Assembly: GCA_900234795.1 (NCBI GenBank)
Contig: LT962688.1
Coordinates: forward strand, 2,820,001-2,852,000
Direction of reading: 5' to 3'
DNA length: 32,000 nt
Source: Methylorubrum extorquens
Lineage (GTDB): Bacteria; Pseudomonadota; Alphaproteobacteria; Rhizobiales; Beijerinckiaceae
Of the stretch, positions 26,901-32,000 are shown piece after piece. A program made the translations under genes and the position numbers. Below the pieces are notes generated by a model, which did no database searches, was not told the origin of the DNA, and saw only the letters and a list, made by a program, of their open reading frames with translations. Position 1 is the stretch's first letter. Every line of letters starts with the position of its first letter.

Positions 26901-28935
26901 GGTCGAGCTTGCGCCGCCAGTTCGGATAGCCCTCGGTCGAACCGGGCACGTTGGCCTGCGACAGCTCGCCGACGACGTCTTCGTACTGCACGGCAGTCAG
27001 GATCGACGGCGCACGGGCGAGATAGCGGGCCGCCGCCTCGAGCGGGGCGTGTTCCGGCGGCTCGGAGCTCGGCAGGAGCTGCTGGGCTGCCAGCGCCTCC
27101 GACAGGCGCCAACGCTCGGCGACACGCTCGGTGCGTTCGGCCTCGGCGCGCTCGGCGTCGTAGAGGCCCAGCGACTGCCGGGTGTCGGTATCGACGCCGC
27201 GCCACCAGCCGACGAAGGTCGGCAGGTCATGGGTGGTGATCGCGGTCAGCGCATCCTTCGGATAGGCCTCGGGCGCCTTGAAGGCACCGCCCTGCTCCCG
27301 CTCGAAGGCGAGGATGCGATAGCTGAGGATGCCGGACTGCATCAGCGCATCGGAGAAGCCCTCCGGCGCGGTGCCGAGATCCTCGGCGATGACGAGGCAC
27401 TTGGCGCGGTGGCTCTCTAGTCGCAGCACGGCAAGCATCGGCTCGAACGGCATCGCGACATACGCACCCTCGCGGGCCGAGCGCCCGAGCGGAATCAGGA
27501 ACAGGCGCGCGAGCTGAAACGCGTGGTCGATGCGGATCGCGCCGGCATGGCGCATGTTCGCTCTCACCAGGGCCCGGAAGGCTTTCAGGCCGTCGCGCTC
27601 CATCTCCAGCGGATCGAATGCCGGCAGGCCCCAATCCTGGCCCTTAGGGGCGAGCAGATCCGGCGGCGCGCCGATGGAGACGCCGTTGGCGAAGCGCTCC
27701 GGATGCGACCAGATCTCCGAGCCGCCCCGGTCCGCGCCGACCGCCAGATCGCGATAGAGGCCGAGCCGCATGCCGGCGGCCAGCGCCATCTCGGACGAGG
27801 CTTTGAGCTGGGTGTCGGCGAGGTATTGCAGGAAGATGTGATAGCGGATGCGGTCCGCATGCGTCTCGGAGAAGGCCCGCACGGCGTCGGTACCGGCGCG
27901 GCGATACTCTTCCGGCCAGTCGCCGAGCCAGTGCGCGCCCTTGGTCCGGAAATGTTCGGAGAGCGCGTCGAAGGTAGCGTGCGACGTGAGGTTCTCGCCG
28001 CCTTCCTCGCGGAACGCCGCGAAGCCGGTATCCTTGCCGGCTCGGGCGTCGGAATCCTCCCAATAGGCTTCGAGGATGGGCGAGAGCACCTCCCAGACGC
28101 CGGCATGATCGACGAGGGAGATGTCGCGCAGCGTCTCGATGCGGGCGCGATGGCTTTCCAAGATCTCGGCGGCGCGGCTCCCGGCGAAGCCCGGCAGCGC
28201 GCCCGGTTCGATGTAGAGGGTTTCGAGGAAGAGGCGCGAGGACGGCGAATAGGGGGAGATTTTCGCCCGGTCGGTGGGGAACAGGGCGTGGGCCGGGCTG
28301 AGCCCGAGGAACGAGGCGCCGCGCAAAGCCGCATCGCGGGCGGCACGGCCGGCATCCGCGTAGGTGCCGATGCCGAGGTTGCTCGGCGAGCGCAGGCCGT
28401 AGAGCTGGGCCGCCAGACCCCAATCGCGGGCGCCGTCCTCGGCATAGGCACGCGGGCGCCAGCAGCGCTGCGGTGCGGCGACGATCCAGGCTTGAGCCCG
28501 GCTGTCGCCAACCGTCACGGTGAGCCGGTGATAGCCCGGCGTCAGCGGCGGCAGGTCGAACCCGGTGCCGTCTTCCGATGCGGTCAGGGTGGCCCGTCCC
28601 TCACGGGAGCGCTCGTGCTCATCCACCAGCCGCCACGCGACGGCGCCGGAGGTCACGCCCATCCGCACCGGCACGCGCACGCCGCGCCGTGCCTCGGCCG
28701 CCAGCAGCGGCGGGATCACGTTGGCGCGCACCGCCTCGACGGCGGCGAGGCTGCGGCGGATCGCTTCGTCGTCCCCCGCCGCGAATCCGAGGGCTTCGAG
28801 CATGCCGCGGCGCACATCGAGCAGCGTATCGACCCGCTTCCCGAAAGCATCGGTGAAGCCGTCGGCGATGCCGACGAGGTCGGCGAGGCGTTCGAGATCA
28901 CTCACGTTCGAGGCACTCACGTCAGAGAGATTCAC
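23995..28935 (-). CDS. malQ/treY: Fusion of 4-alpha-glucanotransferase (MalQ, GH77, N-terminal ~700 aa) and malto-oligosyltrehalose synthase (TreY, GH13, C-terminal ~930 aa)
   Basis: A single uninterrupted 1646-codon ORF. The GH77 signatures are SPYSPSSRLF, AIRIDHAFQLARLF, VIAEDLGTAPEGF and ITTHDLPTFVGWW. The linker is ...SAEERGPRSGAARLASAPPR. The TreY part has ATYRLQFHEGFTFADA, LLDIVPNHMGV, GLRIDHIDGL, YIVVEKIL and TTATHDTKRGED. The GTG start at 28935 overlaps the treZ TGA. Confidence 0.9.
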   Translation of the reverse strand: MNLSDVSASNVSDLERLADLVGIADGFTDAFGKRVDTLLDVRRGMLEALGFAAGDDEAIRRSLAAVEAVRANVIPPLLAAEARRGVRVPVRMGVTSGAVAWRLVDEHERSREGRATLTASEDGTGFDLPPLTPGYHRLTVTVGDSRAQAWIVAAPQRCWRPRAYAEDGARDWGLAAQLYGLRSPSNLGIGTYADAGRAARDAALRGASFLGLSPAHALFPTDRAKISPYSPSSRLFLETLYIEPGALPGFAGSRAAEILESHRARIETLRDISLVDHAGVWEVLSPILEAYWEDSDARAGKDTGFAAFREEGGENLTSHATFDALSEHFRTKGAHWLGDWPEEYRRAGTDAVRAFSETHADRIRYHIFLQYLADTQLKASSEMALAAGMRLGLYRDLAVGADRGGSEIWSHPERFANGVSIGAPPDLLAPKGQDWGLPAFDPLEMERDGLKAFRALVRANMRHAGAIRIDHAFQLARLFLIPLGRSAREGAYVAMPFEPMLAVLRLESHRAKCLVIAEDLGTAPEGFSDALMQSGILSYRILAFEREQGGAFKAPEAYPKDALTAITTHDLPTFVGWWRGVDTDTRQSLGLYDAERAEAERTERVAERWRLSEALAAQQLLPSSEPPEHAPLEAAARYLARAPSILTAVQYEDVVGELSQANVPGSTEGYPNWRRKLDRNLEAIAAPGGPLAKLAAALSAEERGPRSGAARLASAPPRATYRLQFHEGFTFADAEKTVPYLQKLGISHVYASPLQRARPGSTHGYDIVDHSQINPEIGGEEGFRSFTDALHAHGLKLLLDIVPNHMGVGGADNPWWLSVLEWGGLSPAANAFDIDWERLGANGKLVIPFLGERYGEALEKGTLELKFDEAAGAFSVWHYEHQFPICPLQYPTILNRALAALGEIGDDMSAEVLAITERLRAMGEETNLERRRAMPEAAEELKRQLAGTVRASPQIAASIYRALHLLNGNRDYPDSFGPLHRLLEQQSYRLAHWRIASSDINYRRFFDVNSLAGLRVELSDVFVRSHDLLFRLIGEGRIDGLRIDHIDGLADPLGYARALQAAVGPGFYIVVEKILEPGEKLRDWPVAGTTGYDVLNQLDGILVDRALKPRIEKFYRWATDMDTPYGFQFRAAKAEILEISFASELEVMTGDLKQIADSDRRTRDFSTNAIRRALIEIVARFPVYRSYLPGDLDETEIEAEDVRLIEGAVRKAKRWSALPDRSVHDFAADALLGRTDLGSAGHPDQQVVLRFRRRFQQLTGPVMAKSLEDTLFYRFVELLGLNEVGGDPGEYGLDAEHFHALQAARARDWPNAMITTATHDTKRGEDARTRQLALSELPEEWARAWDTWRRASEPLIKQVEGEPAPDPNDQWMFLQAILGAWPLELLDGDDPDAIEDFRKRLDAYAEKALRESKRRSSWVNVDEGYESAVHALFAALVVPGSDCLDRLRPLVRRLAFLGMIAGLGRTVLKCTLPGIPDTYQGTEFWDFSFVDPDNRRPVDYAERARALEAGGTPDALIGSWQDGRVKQATLARLLADRAARPAFYADADYRPLPAEGARAEHVIAFTRSAVTSGEDDLLVAVPRLVARMTPESGWSSEAFAGTVLPVPAGSRWVDVVGGGEITAEGDGLDLGRHFAKLPYLVLRRAA

Positions 28936-30737
28936 TTGGTGCCGCCGATCAGGAAGACGCCCGTCCAGGACGGCAGCTCCATCGCCTGTCGGACAGCCCC
29001 GCTCGACCAGATCACTTGGCCGCCATCGGAACTCGCCGAGAATTCCGCGTCACCGACATTCGCGATGAAGCGCAGCCAGCCGTCGGCGTAGCGCCAGGTA
29101 CAATCCACGACACCCGGCGCCGGGATCTTTGCGTCGGCCCCGAGGTAGCGGCTCTTGGTGAGGGGCACCACGCTCTGCCGACGGATCTGGAGGATGTTGC
29201 GTGTGTCGGCCCAGATGGCGCGATGCGGCTCTGTCTCGGCCTCGTCCCAATCGATCTTCGAATCCTCGAAGGTTCGCGCCTCAGTCGGATCGGGGATCAC
29301 CGAGGTGTCGTCAGCGAAGGCGGCAAAGCTCTTGAACTCGCGGCGGCGACCCTCACGCACCGCCTTGTTCAGTTCCTCGTCGGGCGCGAAATCCACGAAG
29401 AACAGGAAAGGCGCGGAGGCCGACCATTCCTCGCCCATCCATAGCATCGGAATCTGCGGTGCGAGCAGCAGCCCGGCGCGGGCGAGCGCTAGCTTCTTGG
29501 AGTCGGCAAGATGGTTCAGGCGTTCGCCGAGCGCCCGGTTGCCGACCTGATCGTGGTTCTGGAGGAAGGTGACGAAAGCCGAAGGCGGCAGATGCGCCGA
29601 GGGCTCGCCGCGCGGATGGTTGTCGAGAGTCGGGAATGGCTCGCCCTGGTAAGCGAAACCCTCTGCGAGGCAGCGTGCCAAGTGTTCCACCGGCTTGTCG
29701 GCGAAGCTCTCGTAGTAGCCGGCATCCTCGCCGGTCAGAAGCACGTGCCAGCAATGGTGCAGGTCGTCCGCCCACTGCGCCGTGTGAAGCACGGGCGACG
29801 CGCTGTCGTCGCGCTCCAACCAACGGGCCTGATTGGCCTCGTTCTCAAGGATCAGATGGACGTGCCGATCCGGTAAGGTCTTGCGGATCGTCTCGCCGAG
29901 TTCCGTCAGGAAATGCTTCTCGGAATCGTCGAGGATCGCATGCACCGCGTCGAAGCGGATGCCGTCGAAGTGATACTCCTTCAGCCAGTAGAGCGCATTC
30001 TCAATGAAGTAGTCGCGCACGACCGGGCCCGACTCCTTACCGTCGAAATTGATGCCGGCGCCCCACGGCGTCTGGTGACGCTCGGTGAAGAAGGTCTTGG
30101 CGTAGGCGTGCAGGTAGTTCCCGGCCGGGCCAAAGTGATTGTAGACGCAATCGATCAGCACCATCAGGCCCTTGGAATGGGCGGTGTCGATCAGGCGCTT
30201 GAGGTCGCCCGGGCGGCCGTAGGCCGAGTCCGGAGCGTAGGGCAGCACACCGTCATAGCCCCAGTTGCGCGTTCCCTTGAAGTCGGCGAGCGGCAGCAAC
30301 TCGATCGCCGTGACGCCGAGATCGACCAGATCGTCGAGGCGCTTCTCCAGCCCGGCATATGTCCCCTCGGGCGTTGCCGTGCCGACATGCACCTCGTAGA
30401 CGATCGCCTCTTCCCAGGGCCGCCCCGTCCATTCTTGGTCGTACCACGCATAGGCGTTGGGGTCGATCACCTCAGAGGGTGCAGAAACGTCCTCGGGTTG
30501 GAAACGGGAGGCCGGGTCCGGCACCACGAGGTCGCCATCGATGCGGAAGCCATAGCGCGCACCGGCCTTCACCCCCGGCAGCGTCGTGCGGCGCCAGCCC
30601 TCGCCAACATCGGGGATCGGATGGTCCGTCCCGTCGACAACGAGGGTCACGTCCTTGGCGGTCGGTGCCCAAAGGGCGAACCGCACACCGTCCTCGGCAA
30701 ACTCGCTGCCGAATCGCATCGTATGGGCACGCCGCAT
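28932..30737 (-). CDS. treZ: Malto-oligosyltrehalose trehalohydrolase (TreZ, GH13)
   Basis: ORF of 601 aa. It has an N-terminal CBM48-like region (GVRFALWAPTAKDVTLVV), then VLIDCVYNHFGPAGNYL, HFDGIRFDAVHAI, HLILENEANQ and FLQNHDQVGNR. Confidence 0.92.
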   Translation of the reverse strand: MRRAHTMRFGSEFAEDGVRFALWAPTAKDVTLVVDGTDHPIPDVGEGWRRTTLPGVKAGARYGFRIDGDLVVPDPASRFQPEDVSAPSEVIDPNAYAWYDQEWTGRPWEEAIVYEVHVGTATPEGTYAGLEKRLDDLVDLGVTAIELLPLADFKGTRNWGYDGVLPYAPDSAYGRPGDLKRLIDTAHSKGLMVLIDCVYNHFGPAGNYLHAYAKTFFTERHQTPWGAGINFDGKESGPVVRDYFIENALYWLKEYHFDGIRFDAVHAILDDSEKHFLTELGETIRKTLPDRHVHLILENEANQARWLERDDSASPVLHTAQWADDLHHCWHVLLTGEDAGYYESFADKPVEHLARCLAEGFAYQGEPFPTLDNHPRGEPSAHLPPSAFVTFLQNHDQVGNRALGERLNHLADSKKLALARAGLLLAPQIPMLWMGEEWSASAPFLFFVDFAPDEELNKAVREGRRREFKSFAAFADDTSVIPDPTEARTFEDSKIDWDEAETEPHRAIWADTRNILQIRRQSVVPLTKSRYLGADAKIPAPGVVDCTWRYADGWLRFIANVGDAEFSASSDGGQVIWSSGAVRQAMELPSWTGVFLIGGTK

Positions 30738-30924
30738 CAGGCCACCGGTCTCCGCTGGGAAAAGGAATCGATCGTCGTTCTGGCTGGCGGGCGTTTCCTG
30801 TGTCTCACAAGGCGCCCAGCCAACGCTTGTTCCCCCTCGTCGCAGTTATGTCGGGTTCGAGCGGCGACAACCGCCCGGTGTGACGGATTTGCTGCAGCGC
30901 ACGCTGTTTGTTGTCCAACGCACA

Positions 30925-30956
30925 AAGGGCCCCCCGCATGCCGGCGGGGGGCCCTT
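30925..30956 (-). terminator. Rho-independent-type terminator downstream of the DUF2852 gene
   Basis: AAGGGCCCCCCGC-atgccg-GCGGGGGGCCCTT has a 13-bp GC stem and lies 35 nt after the stop at 30991. On the minus strand it is followed by TTGTGCGTTGG. Confidence 0.6.
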
Positions 30957-30990
30957 CACTGGAGCAGCGATCGGTCGAGAAGCGGAACGA

Positions 30991-31470
30991 TCAGGCTTCG
31001 ATGGTCGGGCCACCGCCCTCTGAGCGGCGCTTGGCCATGAAGGCGTCGAACTGCTCGCGGTCTTTCGCCCGCTTCAGCTCCTCGACGAAGTCGGTAAAGG
31101 CGCGGCTCTCTTCCTGAAGCGCACGGCGACGTGCTTCCAGGCGCTCGAGTTCGGCCCGACGATACTCCTCGAAGGCCCAGTTGCCGGATGTGGCGCTGGT
31201 GCCGGAATACCCCTTCGCCGCCGCGAAAGCGCGGGCGAAGCGCGACCGGCCCTCACCGCCCGCGAAGTTGAAGCTGCCGCTGTTGGCGAACTCCTTCATC
31301 TGGCTGAAGGCGGGATAGCCCGCGATCTTCCAGGCGACATAAGCGGCGGCGACCGGCCACCAGTAGATGAACGCGACGACGATCGCGCCGATTTCGAGGG
31401 AACGCTTGGGAAAAGGACCGCTGCGGTGAGACGCGCCGCAGGACCAGGGAGAGGTGGAGGACGTGTTCAC
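30991..31470 (-). CDS. DUF2852-family membrane-anchored protein
   Basis: ORF 30991..31563 is trimmed to GTG 31470, with GGAG about 9 nt upstream. It has one TM segment (LEIGAIVVAFIYWWPVAAAYVAWKIAG), then a charged helical tail NWAFEEYRRAELERLEARRRALQEESRAFTDFVEELKRAKDREQFDAFMAKRR. I recognise that tail as the DUF2852 pattern from memory only. Confidence 0.65.
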   Translation of the reverse strand: MNTSSTSPWSCGASHRSGPFPKRSLEIGAIVVAFIYWWPVAAAYVAWKIAGYPAFSQMKEFANSGSFNFAGGEGRSRFARAFAAAKGYSGTSATSGNWAFEEYRRAELERLEARRRALQEESRAFTDFVEELKRAKDREQFDAFMAKRRSEGGGPTIEA

Positions 31471-31487
31471 GGCTGAGGACTCCGGGG

Positions 31488-31510
31488 TGTGAATGTGAAC
31501 AACATTTACA
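31488..31510. promoter_or_regulatory. AT-rich repeat/palindrome, a candidate operator or promoter element upstream of the DUF2852 gene and downstream of the TetR gene
   Basis: TGTGAA-TGTGAA-caaca-TTTACA is a tandem hexamer plus an imperfect inverted repeat (TGTGAA versus the complement TGTAAA; the inner part is AATGT-N5-ACATT). It lies 18-40 nt upstream of GTG 31470 and is the most AT-rich spot in this end of the window. Confidence 0.35.
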
Positions 31511-31637
31511 TGCGGACCCGTCTCGGCCGTTTCAAGGGTGCGGCCCCTGAACAGCACGGCCATCGAACGAGGGCGATCAACCCGGATTTTGCCGGCCGCG
31601 GTCGTCGGCCCCGATTCGGCGGCGCGAAAGCCTTGCG

Positions 31638-32000
31638 CTAGCCTCTGTCCTTCGCCCGCCCGCCGGCGCCGTGGACCAGCGCGAGAACGCCCGCGCGCAG
31701 CAATTCGTACTTGTCCGGCCCGGGCTTCGGCAGCTGGCCGGCAGCCGACAGCGTGGCGATGCCGTGCGAGAGCGCCCAGACCTCAAGTGCGAGGAAGCGC
31801 GGGTCAACGCCGTCGAAACCGTCGGGGAAGGTCGTGCGGAGGGCTTCGACCAGAAGGTCGAATGGATTCGGCCGCTCAGGGGCGGGTGCCGGCGCTGCCT
31901 GACCGCGCACTTCGAAGATTGCCGCGTAGTAGCCCGGCTCCTCCTCGGCAAAGGCGAGATAGGCTTCACCCATGCGGGTGAACCGCTCCAGCGGCGTGCC
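31638..32000 (-). CDS. TetR/AcrR-family transcriptional regulator, C-terminal (WHG-type) ligand domain only; the N-terminus lies beyond the window
   Basis: The reverse-strand reading is open to the window edge: ...GTPLERFTRMGEAYLAFAEEEPGYYAAIFE...LALEVWALSHGIATLSAAGQL... It has the W-x3-HG motif typical of the TetR_C WHG domain. Confidence 0.6.
   Translation of the reverse strand, partial: GTPLERFTRMGEAYLAFAEEEPGYYAAIFEVRGQAAPAPAPERPNPFDLLVEALRTTFPDGFDGVDPRFLALEVWALSHGIATLSAAGQLPKPGPDKYELLRAGVLALVHGAGGRAKDRG

Noticed and set aside
30738-30924. A possible general-stress (EcfG-type, GGAAC-N16/17-CGTT) promoter upstream of treZ
   Set aside because: A GGAAC is present on the minus strand, but the CGTT follows after only 3 nt. 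At the proper spacing the sequence is CCTT/CTTG. There is also no convincing sigma70 -35/-10. The promoter is left unassigned.

Overview
Very GC-rich alphaproteobacterial chromosome. Gene content and synteny look Rhizobiales or Methylobacterium-like, but that is an impression, not a database result. There are three blocks. (1) 1-5800 is the edge of a photosynthesis gene cluster in the classic purple-bacterial layout: bchX', bchC, crtF and crtE on the minus strand, divergent from crtD and crtC on the plus strand. TGT-N12-ACA (PpsR/CrtJ-type) operators sit at the bchC promoter and in the crtE/crtD divergent region. crtD and crtC each carry two frameshifts in simple-sequence tracts and are called pseudogenes, while every other gene in the window is intact. 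(2) 5800-14600 is housekeeping: yciB, ftsY, an RluA-family synthase, mtaB and dapF. It also holds a secreted GyrI-like protein, a convergent EndoIII-like / SPL-family radical-SAM pair, a small acidic ORF and ynfA. (3) 14628-30737 is one 16-kb minus-strand alpha-glucan/trehalose gene string, treZ > malQ-treY > GH13-glgE > treS-mak > glgB. Its five ORFs carry eight recognisable catalytic modules, three of them as fusion proteins. A DUF2852 gene and a partial TetR gene close the window. I saw no rRNA, tRNA, CRISPR, transposase, integrase or recognisable defence or toxin system. The most novel-looking items are the two-GH13-module GlgE protein, the MalQ-TreY fusion, and the selective decay of crtDC inside an otherwise preserved, operator-bearing carotenoid/bacteriochlorophyll locus. 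All calls rest on reading the supplied translations and the DNA by eye; no searches were run.
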